A stretch of 64,000 bases of DNA. Origin: Candidatus Heimdallarchaeota archaeon. Its GTDB lineage: Archaea; Asgardarchaeota; Heimdallarchaeia; Heimdallarchaeales; Heimdallarchaeaceae. Below the pieces are notes generated by a model, which searched no databases, was not told where the DNA came from, and saw only the letters and a program-made list of their open reading frames with translations. Positions within the stretch are counted from its first letter, which is position 1, and each line of letters starts with the position of its first letter. The position numbers and the translations under genes were made by a program. The stretch is from assembly GCA_016840095.1 (NCBI GenBank), contig JAEOSZ010000031.1, positions 1-64,000 on the forward strand. Direction: 5' to 3'. Shown here piece by piece: positions 9,569 through 19,545 of the stretch.

Positions 9569-11296
9569 TTGAGAAACATGTCTATTATACCACCAGAAGC
9601 TTCATTCATTTTTGCATATATCGCACTTCTCTATAATGCTGGAGTATCACTCAAGCTAGTTTATAATTCATTATCGAACCCTCTCTATCATAGAAAGGCT
9701 TGGAATTTAACTTCAGGAGGGCTTATTTTAGTAGGAACGGTTTTGTTATTCTTCTGGTTTAATTTTTCACTTTCCGTAAGCTTTGTATGGGGTGGTTTAG
9801 TTGGCAGTTTGCTTCTTTTTGCTAACAATTTGATAGCAACAATCTTAGCTTTCAGGAATTCGATAGAGGTAACTAAATTTGGTAAAGCTAATTACATTTT
9901 CTTTACAGTTCTAGCTTTACAATCGGTTATGTTCTTTCTCAACTTCATTGATGCTCAAACAATTTTCCGTTTACCCGGGTTTCTAGAATGGTTGATGATT
10001 ATTCCAACTGTTGGTTATTCTGCATTCCAAGCATTTCTCTATGGACCTGTAGGTTATTTCTATCCTGCACTTATCTTAATTCCACTTGTAGCTCCAATTA
10101 AATTTATTAATTATCCAGAACCTGAACCAGAGCCAAAGAAAAAACCTTCAAAGAAATCAAAAGAGAGTGTATTCACAGAAGAAATAATAGAAAAACCAGA
10201 AGAAAAGAAACCATCTATGTGGAAATCACTCCTATCTTTCCTAGATAACGGATCAAAAGGAATATTCGCAGTTTTATTTATTCTGTTATTTGTATTTAGT
10301 TTACTGAACATTGGAACATTTACATCATTTAGTGATTTCAAGAGTGCAAAATATAATCCTGTTTATCCTGAAAGAAGTGATTTTGAATTTAGTGTCTCTT
10401 TGAAAACAATCTATCAACAGACTCTTCTTACGGATTATCAAGAACAATTTCAGGAAGAGTTAGCCATGATTACAGAACTAAATGTTTCAACAGTAAGAAT
10501 AGATGTTAAAGCTGAAATTGTTGAAAATAATCTTACTGAACTAGTGGATATCACGAATCAACTACACTCAAATGGTTTTAAGATCATGATGGCAACGTAT
10601 GGATACGGTTTTCCTACTTGGAGTTACCAAATGGTGAACTTAACAGATTTCATAGAAACTATGGAGCAACAGGCTGAAACACTTATTCTGAATTGTACTC
10701 CTGAATATTTACTAATTTATCCCGAACCGTTTGGTTTCTCTTCTGCATTTCTAGATGAAATACCTACTCCAGCTCAATGGGGTTCAACAATAAATGACAC
10801 AGTAACATATCTAAATACCTTAACAAATGATACAGAAATTGGTGTTAATCTTTCTTTCAATGATTTTGAGAAATATCCAAATTATGAAACCACAGTATTT
10901 GAAGAATTAATGGCAAACACTTCTCTTGATTTCCTTGGATTGGACTTCTATATTATACATGGTAGAGATCTTGAACTATCAACGTACCTAAATGGAGTTT
11001 CAACTTCAACTAAGGATATCTGGATTTGTGAATTTGGTGTATCAGCTGTGATGTACGGAGAAAGAATACAAGCAGCAGCTTTAGCAAGATTACTTGAGAT
11101 ATGCACTAATGATGTTTTAGCTGCAGGTAATAATACCCAGATCACTGGATTTCAAGGAACAATAAAGGGACTAAACTACTTCTCATTAATAGATGACTTA
11201 TCAACTGGAAATTCTTTAGGTTTAGTTGGGGAATCTGGTCACAAAAGGCTTTCATACTACAAATATCAAGAGATTATAGCAACGGTTTATGCTTAG
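9569..11296 (+). CDS. multi-TM protein fused to a clan GH-A-like glycoside hydrolase domain
   Basis: About 6 N-terminal TM segments, PEPEPEPKKK linker, TIM-barrel-like region with YPEP (putative acid/base) and WICEFG (putative nucleophile). Confidence 0.6.
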   Translation: MRNMSIIPPEASFIFAYIALLYNAGVSLKLVYNSLSNPLYHRKAWNLTSGGLILVGTVLLFFWFNFSLSVSFVWGGLVGSLLLFANNLIATILAFRNSIEVTKFGKANYIFFTVLALQSVMFFLNFIDAQTIFRLPGFLEWLMIIPTVGYSAFQAFLYGPVGYFYPALILIPLVAPIKFINYPEPEPEPKKKPSKKSKESVFTEEIIEKPEEKKPSMWKSLLSFLDNGSKGIFAVLFILLFVFSLLNIGTFTSFSDFKSAKYNPVYPERSDFEFSVSLKTIYQQTLLTDYQEQFQEELAMITELNVSTVRIDVKAEIVENNLTELVDITNQLHSNGFKIMMATYGYGFPTWSYQMVNLTDFIETMEQQAETLILNCTPEYLLIYPEPFGFSSAFLDEIPTPAQWGSTINDTVTYLNTLTNDTEIGVNLSFNDFEKYPNYETTVFEELMANTSLDFLGLDFYIIHGRDLELSTYLNGVSTSTKDIWICEFGVSAVMYGERIQAAALARLLEICTNDVLAAGNNTQITGFQGTIKGLNYFSLIDDLSTGNSLGLVGESGHKRLSYYKYQEIIATVYA

Positions 11297-11306
11297 AAGT
11301 AATGAA

Positions 11307-11375
11307 GAATCACCTCAGTCCGCCCATCAGCGATCACAATGTATCACACGACCGTTGTTTCCTCATTGATGATTC
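11307..11375 (-). ncRNA. box C/D guide sRNA; D guide predicts 16S rRNA Cm1402
   Basis: Minus strand: stem GAAUCAUC, C AUGAGGA (11366-11360), 12-nt guide AACAACGGUCGU, D' GUGA, C' GUGAUCG, 12-nt guide CUGAUGGGCGGA, D CUGA (11318-11315), stem GGUGAUUC; 8-bp terminal stem. Confidence 0.9.
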
Positions 11376-11400
11376 CTCAAAAGAAAATAACTAGTTTCAG

Positions 11401-11412
11401 TTTAAAGGTTTC
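11401..11412 (-). promoter_or_regulatory. BRE/TATA promoter of the C/D sRNA
   Basis: Minus strand GAAACC-TTTAAA about 25 nt upstream of the sRNA 5' stem. Confidence 0.55.
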
Positions 11413-11421
11413 GATGACTAA

Positions 11422-12648
11422 CTATATTGTCATTGCTTGTGCCATTGAGATATAACCTTCAACTTCACTTTTTGCAGTTCTTACGAATTCCAATAGTTGT
11501 TCTAAATTCCCTTCAGAAGCACTCATGTGAGTCTCTTCAAGTCTTTTCATTGCTTCTTCAAATTTAGCTAGAGCCTCTTTGAATTTCTCCTGATCAAATA
11601 ATGCAATTCCTTCTGTTTCAGATGCAAGTGCTTCATAAAATGAACGTTGAGCAGTCATGTTTTTGATTAGTGATTCACTCTTAATACTGGAAAGTAATCC
11701 TAAAGCAATATCTACTGATTCAACTGCTGCTTTAAACTTAGTACTTGCATCTATTGGATTATCTCTTCTTTTATAGAGTTCATTTGCTTCCGATTCAAGT
11801 TGACTCGCTTGAGTAATTCTAGATAGAGCTAAGTATAATCGCTGTTCCATAAAATTTGCACATATAACACTTGCTCGTGCATAATATCTTGAAGCTATTG
11901 CAAATAGTCTTAGGGCTTCATTGAAATTACTTATGGCAATATTTTGAGATCCTTGATCCCAAAACCATTCAGCTCTGCCTACAATATGTAACTTAGTTAT
12001 TTCATCAACCTTGTTTTGCAAATCTTCCATTTCATCATCCAAAGATTTAAACAGAAAATTCGCCTTCATCAATTCAGTTCTTGCATTTAAAAGATGTTTC
12101 TTAGACATTCTAGTGTTATCTGTTCTAGATTCTGATAACTTCAATTCATGAACATACTTGGCATAACTGATTCTAGCTTTTGAAACACTTAAATCAATTA
12201 TATTTTCATCATGTTTTCGATTTTCAGCAAATTCCTCAAAGAATCCAATTGCTTCTTTTGCTGCTTGGATTTGTTTTTCAGTTTCGCTTTCGAGATATGA
12301 TGAACAGATTCTAAACATTCCTTCAGAATAATTAATCCATTTGACCATTTCGTTGAAAATCTTATCTCCTTCTCTCCCTCTTGAAGCTCTAGCTCTTACA
12401 AGCAATTTCAAAGCTTCCTCATAATTCTTCTGAGCATCTTCTTTTTTATCCTTTCCGAACACTTCATCTCCTTTGACAACATAGAGCATTCCCGCATAGA
12501 AGTACGATAAAACTTTGAATGCAACGTTATCATCTCCAGCTTTCTTAAATTCATTATAGAGGTCGGAATATCCATTGTAAGATGATTTTAGATTGGAGTA
12601 GATAGGTTCATAATGTAGGAATTGAAATTCGAGACTCTTTGAACTCAA
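11422..12648 (-). CDS. alpha-solenoid (TPR/SNAP-like) protein
   Basis: Repeated A-x2-Y/F-x2-A helical pattern; TTG start after GGTG RBS. Confidence 0.65.
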   Translation of the reverse strand: MSSKSLEFQFLHYEPIYSNLKSSYNGYSDLYNEFKKAGDDNVAFKVLSYFYAGMLYVVKGDEVFGKDKKEDAQKNYEEALKLLVRARASRGREGDKIFNEMVKWINYSEGMFRICSSYLESETEKQIQAAKEAIGFFEEFAENRKHDENIIDLSVSKARISYAKYVHELKLSESRTDNTRMSKKHLLNARTELMKANFLFKSLDDEMEDLQNKVDEITKLHIVGRAEWFWDQGSQNIAISNFNEALRLFAIASRYYARASVICANFMEQRLYLALSRITQASQLESEANELYKRRDNPIDASTKFKAAVESVDIALGLLSSIKSESLIKNMTAQRSFYEALASETEGIALFDQEKFKEALAKFEEAMKRLEETHMSASEGNLEQLLEFVRTAKSEVEGYISMAQAMTI

Positions 12649-12755
12649 ATAAACACCAAAATAATATTAAAAAACAAAAATAAAAGATTAACTATAGTTT
12701 TGTTCATGCAAAAAGAAATAAAAACAACAAATGAAAAGAAAACCTAACTTCCCCT

Positions 12756-13427
12756 GTGATGAGTATGACACACCACTTACCTTTAATTGTCTTTGACATG
12801 GATGGAACAGTTATTCAATCTAACATAGATTACTTCGGTATTAGGCAAAAAATGTGGGATATCTTGAAAGAAACTGTTTCAGAGGATGCCTACAAAGATA
12901 TTGTAGGATCTCCTAAGTCAATTATTGAACTTGTTAGTCTAATAGATTTGAATGACACAACAAATACAAAGGAAATGCTAGCTTGGGAAATAATAGAAAG
13001 AAGTGAAAGAGAAGGATATGAGGAGGCAACAGTTGAGAAAGATGTTTATGAGACTCTTGATTTTCTAAAGAACAAGAGCTATACTTTAATCATTTACACA
13101 AATAATTCTAGAAAATTAACTGATTTTGGACTAGAAAAGTATGGTCTCATAGAATATTTTGATTTTGTTCTAACTAGGGATGAAGTTTTGAACCCCAAAC
13201 CTCATCCTGAAGGATTGGAAGTAATTATGGAGAAATATTTGACTCCAAATACAGAAGTTATATTCATAGGAGATAGCTGGATCGATGCTGAAACAGCTGT
13301 AAGTGCAAGAGTTAAATTTGTATATTTTGGCTCAGAAGGTGCTCCTGGGACAAGGAGAAAGGTAATAGAACCAGATTTTACCATAGAGAATATGAAAGAT
13401 TTAATTCCGATTATTCAGAGTCTATGA
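12756..13427 (+). CDS. HAD phosphatase (PGPase-like)
   Basis: FDMDGT, TNN, KPHPEG, IGDSWID. Confidence 0.9.
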   Translation: MMSMTHHLPLIVFDMDGTVIQSNIDYFGIRQKMWDILKETVSEDAYKDIVGSPKSIIELVSLIDLNDTTNTKEMLAWEIIERSEREGYEEATVEKDVYETLDFLKNKSYTLIIYTNNSRKLTDFGLEKYGLIEYFDFVLTRDEVLNPKPHPEGLEVIMEKYLTPNTEVIFIGDSWIDAETAVSARVKFVYFGSEGAPGTRRKVIEPDFTIENMKDLIPIIQSL

Positions 13428-13481
13428 TTATACTTTTTAAATTTCTGCGAAAGAAATATATTCTCCCAATCAGAGTCTTAA

Positions 13482-15218
13482 GTGACTCATATGAAAATGA
13501 AAAAAATACTATTTATATCTATTATTCTTCTCTTTTTATCATCAATTTCTACTGTATCGATAACCTATGCGGTTGAAGAGACTACAGTAATTCCTGAAAT
13601 TGATGAAATTAACACAGTTAGTAGAGTAATAGTTTTCAGTATAGATGCATTTAGATATGATTACCTATCTAGAACAGGAGATGCTCCAACTTTTGAATGG
13701 TTTAAAACTGAAGGAACCGTAGCTTCAAGCTGTCAACCTTCGAACCCAACTATAACTGCTGTAAATCATGTGTCAATGATAACAGGAAACCATCCAGACA
13801 AACATGGAATAATGGGGAATACATTTTTCGATTGGGATGATACAAAAACCTATTCATTATTTGATGATCCCTATGATCCCTATAGAGATACAAATACTGG
13901 GCTTCATCTTCTAAAAACTAAGCCTTCAATAATTCATGCTGAGGAACTAGGTGTTAAAACAGCTGCTTTTGGATGGCCTTATGTTGATTACGGAACAGAG
14001 TACTTGGGTTCAGCTCCAACTTATGTTTGGGATTATGATTGGTTTCAATCAAATAGCCTATATAGTGATTATGGAATATCAAATAAATTGGCTGATACCC
14101 TAATAGACGATCCTTCTATTAAATTAGCTTTTGCCAGATTACCTGGAGTTGATTGGCCTGGACATTATGATGGAGTTAACTCACCAGAACTTCAGGATGC
14201 TATAGATACTTCTCTAGATCCAGCTTTTCGAAATTTCTTTGAAAGACTTGAGGCATCTGGTTTATTAGAAGAAACCATCGTTATTTTAACTTCTGACCAT
14301 GGAATGGCAACAGTAACAGATAGCAATTATTTCTTAGAAGACAAATCCTTTTTCCAAGATGCAGAAACAGCAACAGGGCTTACAGCTTACTTAGCTCATG
14401 ATGCACCTATAGAATATATCTATTTTCTAGGAGAAACAAATGAAACTAAGGCTGAGGTATTTGCCTCTTATTTAGAAGGTCAACCAGGAATACAAGCAGT
14501 ATATGTTAATGAAGAAAATAATGACATAGACTTACACAACGCTCCACGAGGAATTAATATCTCTGTATGGCTACAACCAGGAAGATCAAGGAATTTTGGT
14601 ACACAGTTTGTAGGAATGCATGGATATCTGAATACCAATCCTTCAATGGATGCATTTTTCATGATTGCAGGTCCTGGAATAGAGGAAGGTAAAACTATTG
14701 GAGAGATTGACATAATAGATATTGCACCAACTGCTCTGAACTTTATAGGACTCGCAGCTGGATTCGAAACTGAGGGAACTATACTGACTTCTGTTATGGG
14801 AACTAGAACAACTGCATTTACTTATCCTGATATGTATGCACCAGACATTCAATCAGTTGTATTGAATCCTACTGAACCTAGACAAGGTGTTGCTACAGAG
14901 ATAACTGTAAACAACTATGACTCTTTTACAGCAGTTCAGTCAACAGAAGTTGAGATTTCAATAGATAATGGTACTGTTACAACTGTGAATTTACAACCTA
15001 TTCCTCTTACAAACAATTACGAAGGTACTTTAGGAAATTTTGAGAAAGATCAAGTAGTATCTCTCAATATAACAATAGAAGATGGAGGAGGAAATCTAGC
15101 TTTCAAAGATGATATTAGTTTTATAGTAGAACCTAAGAAAGCGAGTTTCAGTATGATATCATTACTTGCATCTATTTTGGTTATACCGTTTATTTATAGA
15201 CGAAAGAGAAACAGATAG
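13482..15218 (+). CDS. secreted alkaline phosphatase/NPP-family phosphodiesterase with C-terminal membrane anchor
   Basis: Signal peptide, SIDAFR, PTIT nucleophile, DxxGH, TSDHGM, GMHGY, Ig-like domain, TM plus RRKRNR. Confidence 0.9.
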   Translation: MTHMKMKKILFISIILLFLSSISTVSITYAVEETTVIPEIDEINTVSRVIVFSIDAFRYDYLSRTGDAPTFEWFKTEGTVASSCQPSNPTITAVNHVSMITGNHPDKHGIMGNTFFDWDDTKTYSLFDDPYDPYRDTNTGLHLLKTKPSIIHAEELGVKTAAFGWPYVDYGTEYLGSAPTYVWDYDWFQSNSLYSDYGISNKLADTLIDDPSIKLAFARLPGVDWPGHYDGVNSPELQDAIDTSLDPAFRNFFERLEASGLLEETIVILTSDHGMATVTDSNYFLEDKSFFQDAETATGLTAYLAHDAPIEYIYFLGETNETKAEVFASYLEGQPGIQAVYVNEENNDIDLHNAPRGINISVWLQPGRSRNFGTQFVGMHGYLNTNPSMDAFFMIAGPGIEEGKTIGEIDIIDIAPTALNFIGLAAGFETEGTILTSVMGTRTTAFTYPDMYAPDIQSVVLNPTEPRQGVATEITVNNYDSFTAVQSTEVEISIDNGTVTTVNLQPIPLTNNYEGTLGNFEKDQVVSLNITIEDGGGNLAFKDDISFIVEPKKASFSMISLLASILVIPFIYRRKRNR

Positions 15219-15291
15219 TTTCTCTCCTACTATTTTTTTCTTTGAAAATGAAAGCAATATATACTAGTATGTTCACCTTTGTCTTGATACT

Positions 15292-17085
15292 ATGAAGTTC
15301 AGGATAATTTTCAGGGGAATGCTAACACTAGCTTTCCTTTGGGGTTTAGTTTATGCTGTAGTGATTGGAGCAATGTTAATAGCCGTCTATGTTGGAGGTG
15401 CTACTCTAGTATCTGAAACATTCTCGATAATTGTTTTTCCAATTCTAATAGCAGTAGGAATAGTCATTTTACAATTCTTAATCTCACCATGGCTTCTTGA
15501 TTTAAATTTCAGATGGTTACATAAGATGAGCTGGATTGATCCAATGCAATTACCACCTCATTTAGCACAGTTAATCTCTGATCAAAGTCAATTACATGGA
15601 ATCTCAATTAAGAAAGTTGGAATGATTCACGATCAAATGCCAACTGCATTAACATACGGTCGATTCAAGAAAAATGCTCGGATAGTTATATCTGATGGAA
15701 TACTGAATTTATTAACTCCTGAAGAACAAATTGGAGTTGTAAGCCATGAAATAGGTCACATTGTTCACAGGGATTTTCTATTCATGACTATAGCAGCAGC
15801 TGTACCTATGATTCTCTACACTTTCTACATCTTCTCAAGAGGATTTATGAGATCTGGAGCATTGTCTGGAGGTAGTGATAACAAAGGAGCCGCAGCTATT
15901 GCAGCAGCTGCAGTTGTAACAATGGTTGTCTCTTATATATTCTACATAGTAAGTCAATTTCTGGTAATGTTTCTTAGTAGAGTTAGGGAGTATTATGCCG
16001 ACAGATTCGCAGGAGAAGAAACAAAAAATCCTGCTAGTTTATCCAGAGCACTTGTTAAGATAGCTTATGGAATGGTTCAATCACAAGCTCAATATGCTCA
16101 AACTATGAATAACAAAGATGCTGATAGAAGAGTAAGAACAAGAGCTTACAACAGATTTGGTTTTACTAATGCTACAAGATCATTGAACATCTTTGATATA
16201 AACGCTGCAAGAGGTTTAGTGATGACTGCTTATGCTCAATCACAAGTTGGAGACATTGATCCAGATATGGTTGTAAAAGCCGCTGCATGGGATCTGGAAA
16301 ATCCTTGGGGTGGTTTCTTAGAACTCCAATCTACTCACCCTTTAGCTGCTAAAAGACTATTAGCTCTTGATGATTTAGCTGAAGAAATGAATATGAAACG
16401 AGCTTTTCCAGCTTTAGGTGAAGATCAAATCAAGGAATCTCTATGGGGTGAGTTTTTAGTAGATCTTTTCCTATTATATGCTGTTCCTTTCTTGGTTATC
16501 GCTCTACCAGCAACAATTGGTCTTCTCTACGGATTTGCTCTACCAGCTTATAATTCGATATGGATGTGGATAGGTGTAGGTTCAGGATTTGGTCTTGCAG
16601 GTCTTCTTTGGATTTGGAGAACAAGAATTAGATATCCTAAAATCGATCAAGATTTACCGCAGATACTGATAATGAATGCAGTAACCGATGTTTCAGATGA
16701 TGGATATGCAGAAGCATCACCATTCAGGGGTAAACCCATTCGACTACAAGGAACAATTATAGGTAGAGGACAACCGGGATATTACTTCAGTGAAGATGTA
16801 GTTTTACAGGATCCTTCAGGTATAATCACTTTGGATTATCATCCTGCAATAGGAATTTTCCGATTCTTTACAGCTTTGTTCAAAGTTCCTAGAATGGTTG
16901 GCACTCAAGTAACCATAGAAGGATGGTATAAACGAACTCCAAGACCAATGGTAATGATCAAGAGGTTATACACTCTTGATGGTAGAGACAAAATGGGATC
17001 TAATAGAGATATTTTCAGTTGGATCATGGTTGTGTTACTATTTGTAGCAGCTTTAGTATGTATATTCTACGGAATTCCAATCTAA
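15292..17085 (+). CDS. htpX: M48/HtpX zinc metalloprotease with extra C-terminal TM and OB-like domain
   Basis: HEIGH, REYYAD, STHP; 597 aa is about twice the usual HtpX length. Confidence 0.85.
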   Translation: MKFRIIFRGMLTLAFLWGLVYAVVIGAMLIAVYVGGATLVSETFSIIVFPILIAVGIVILQFLISPWLLDLNFRWLHKMSWIDPMQLPPHLAQLISDQSQLHGISIKKVGMIHDQMPTALTYGRFKKNARIVISDGILNLLTPEEQIGVVSHEIGHIVHRDFLFMTIAAAVPMILYTFYIFSRGFMRSGALSGGSDNKGAAAIAAAAVVTMVVSYIFYIVSQFLVMFLSRVREYYADRFAGEETKNPASLSRALVKIAYGMVQSQAQYAQTMNNKDADRRVRTRAYNRFGFTNATRSLNIFDINAARGLVMTAYAQSQVGDIDPDMVVKAAAWDLENPWGGFLELQSTHPLAAKRLLALDDLAEEMNMKRAFPALGEDQIKESLWGEFLVDLFLLYAVPFLVIALPATIGLLYGFALPAYNSIWMWIGVGSGFGLAGLLWIWRTRIRYPKIDQDLPQILIMNAVTDVSDDGYAEASPFRGKPIRLQGTIIGRGQPGYYFSEDVVLQDPSGIITLDYHPAIGIFRFFTALFKVPRMVGTQVTIEGWYKRTPRPMVMIKRLYTLDGRDKMGSNRDIFSWIMVVLLFVAALVCIFYGIPI

Positions 17086-17184
17086 TAACTGGAAAACTAA
17101 TCTCTTCTTTTTTTCTTTTCTTTTCAATAAAGTGAATAAAGCGTCAAGGTTATAAATACAGAATTGAAGTAGTTTTCAATTCTG

Positions 17185-18171
17185 GTGAAATTAATGGCTA
17201 GTGAAGAAAAGAAGACTAAAGAGGAAGTCAAAAAAGAAACTCCTGAAAAAGTCGAAGAAGAAACAGAAGAAGTTATTGAAGAAACTCCACTAGATAAATA
17301 CAAAAAGGCTGGAGAAGTCGCTAAAAGTATTTTAGCAAAGCTTAATGAAATGGTTAAACCTGGAATAAAAGCTTTAGATTTATGTGAAACAGCAGATCAA
17401 ATGATAGCTGATGCTGGAATGAAGCCAGCTTTCCCACTCAATGTAGCTGTTAACAATCATGCTGCTCATTATACATGTACATGGGAAGATGAGCTTGTTC
17501 TTAAGAAAGGAGATGTTGTTAAGCTAGATGTTGGAGTCCAATATGATGGATTTATTGCTGATACAGCTTTCACTGTGGCATTTGATGATGTTCATAGCGA
17601 TCTCATCAAAGCTAGTAAAGAAGCTACAGAAACAGCTGTAAAGGTAATTCGTGTTGGTGGATATACAGGAAAACTTGGTGATCTTATAGAAAATATCATT
17701 GAAGGTTATGGATTTACTACTGTAAAAGATCTTTCTGGTCATTTACTAATGCCTTATAGGGTTCATGGACCCAAAGCAATTCCTAATGTTTCAGGAAGAA
17801 AAGGTAGTTTAGTATTGCAAGATGAAGCATTTGCTATTGAAACATTTGCAACCACAGGAGCTGGAGAATCTGGTCAAGATCGAACCAAGCTTAATATCGT
17901 TAGATTAGCCGATGGAAGATTTCCATTAAGAACAGATTCTGCTAAACAAGTTAGAAGGTTGTTGGACAAAGAATATCACAGATTACCTGTGGCAATTAGA
18001 TGGATCTACAAAGCACTTGGTCCAGCAAAAGCTAAAATGGGTATAAGAGAATTAATCCAAGCTGGTGCTCTTTATCAGTATCATGTTCTCTCAGATACAG
18101 CAGGTTCATTTGTGAGTCAACATGAACATACAGTGTATATGACTCCAGAAGGTCCAATACAAACAACCTAA
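17185..18171 (+). CDS. map: methionine aminopeptidase type II
   Basis: AAHYT, KLDVG, IADTA, LSGH, AIETF, HEHT and type II insertion; TTATAAATA upstream. Confidence 0.95.
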   Translation: MKLMASEEKKTKEEVKKETPEKVEEETEEVIEETPLDKYKKAGEVAKSILAKLNEMVKPGIKALDLCETADQMIADAGMKPAFPLNVAVNNHAAHYTCTWEDELVLKKGDVVKLDVGVQYDGFIADTAFTVAFDDVHSDLIKASKEATETAVKVIRVGGYTGKLGDLIENIIEGYGFTTVKDLSGHLLMPYRVHGPKAIPNVSGRKGSLVLQDEAFAIETFATTGAGESGQDRTKLNIVRLADGRFPLRTDSAKQVRRLLDKEYHRLPVAIRWIYKALGPAKAKMGIRELIQAGALYQYHVLSDTAGSFVSQHEHTVYMTPEGPIQTT

Positions 18172-18263
18172 TTCTTTTTTGCTTTTCTATTTCCATTCTA
18201 TTGAAATTCTAATTACAATAGATTATTGTTTTTCATTTAATAATAATTATAAATAAGTGAAGT

Positions 18264-19454
18264 TTGTTCTTAAAACAGTGTCTATACATGGGTTTTGTCT
18301 TAGAATCACTTTACATATTTTTAGTAGTAACCTGTATAATATACTATGTAGTTCTAGTACAAAACAGTAAAAATGGAATGGAGACAATAGATCTTGAAGA
18401 TGATGATCTTCCTTTAGTTAGCATTATAGTTCCAACATTAGACGAGGAAGATAACATCAAAAATTGCCTTGAAAGCTTGATAAGATTAGATTACCCAAAA
18501 TATGAAATAATTTTATCTGATGGTGGTTCTAAAGATAGAACCGTAGAAATAGCAAAGAATATGGCAGATAAGGTAATAGTTGATTCACATCTTCCAAAAG
18601 GATGGATAGGTAAATCCTATGGATGTCAGATTGCATTCAAAGAAGCGGAAGGTTCTGTTCTCCTGTTTACAGATGCAGATACAACTCATACTCCTAATTC
18701 ATTAAAAACAACAGTCTATCATTTGTTAGCTACCGAAAGTGATTTGGTTTCATTATTTCCCTACCAGAAGGCAAAACGATGGTATGAATACTTGCTTAGT
18801 TTCTTCTACTTCTTAAGCTTCTTAGGTGGGGGACCTCTTAACAATATCAATAATCCATATGCAAAGAATTCAGTAATGGCTAGTGGTCAATATATGTTAT
18901 TCACTCGAGAAAGCTATAACAAAATTGGTGGTCATGCAGCAGTGAGTAAATCATTAGTTGAAGATTTAGCTTTAGCTCGATTATGTAAAGAGAAAAAAAT
19001 GAAATTAAATTTTAACGATTCAACAAGCCTAGTTTCAACTAGAATGTATCCTAATAGATTTTCCGATTTCTTTGAAGGTTTCAGAAAAAACATCTATGAG
19101 GGTTTTTGGCTTCTAAGTAAATTCAGAATAATGTTCATTATTTTGTGGTTAATTTATATGATTGTTTCTCCCTATTTCTTAATACGTTATTTACTGATTC
19201 CTGATACTTGGTTGTGGTGGAATTATACTATTGGTATAATCAGTAATGTAATTTTGTATCTCTTATATCCCATAATTCTCTACCTTTATTGGAGAAAGAA
19301 AGGTAGGTGGAATTTCATTATTTTTCTATTTTATCCAATAACAATGTCCATTAATCTATTAATTATCTTAGTTTCATTTCTTTACGGTTTTTTGCGAATC
19401 AAATTCTCTTGGAAAAATAGATATTATGATGCTAAGAAGAGCTCTACCAAGTGA
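18264..19454 (+). CDS. membrane GT2 glycosyltransferase (CrtQ/HpnB-like)
   Basis: SIIVP, DGGSKD, WIGK, FTDAD, GQY, VEDL, RMY, C-terminal TMs; real start probably ATG 18288. Confidence 0.88.
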   Translation: MFLKQCLYMGFVLESLYIFLVVTCIIYYVVLVQNSKNGMETIDLEDDDLPLVSIIVPTLDEEDNIKNCLESLIRLDYPKYEIILSDGGSKDRTVEIAKNMADKVIVDSHLPKGWIGKSYGCQIAFKEAEGSVLLFTDADTTHTPNSLKTTVYHLLATESDLVSLFPYQKAKRWYEYLLSFFYFLSFLGGGPLNNINNPYAKNSVMASGQYMLFTRESYNKIGGHAAVSKSLVEDLALARLCKEKKMKLNFNDSTSLVSTRMYPNRFSDFFEGFRKNIYEGFWLLSKFRIMFIILWLIYMIVSPYFLIRYLLIPDTWLWWNYTIGIISNVILYLLYPIILYLYWRKKGRWNFIIFLFYPITMSINLLIILVSFLYGFLRIKFSWKNRYYDAKKSSTK

Positions 19455-19545
19455 AAACTACTTCTACTCCTTTAGAGGTAATATTCTCTCCCAATAAAAT
19501 ATTTAAATAAGCTACTATGATTAATACTCAACTACTGATGTTGGA

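Noticed and set aside
19517-19538. ATGATTA-N11-CTGA resembling a C/D half
   Set aside because: Only one box pair, no terminal stem, and it overlaps the promoter-TSS spacer of the GT2 gene
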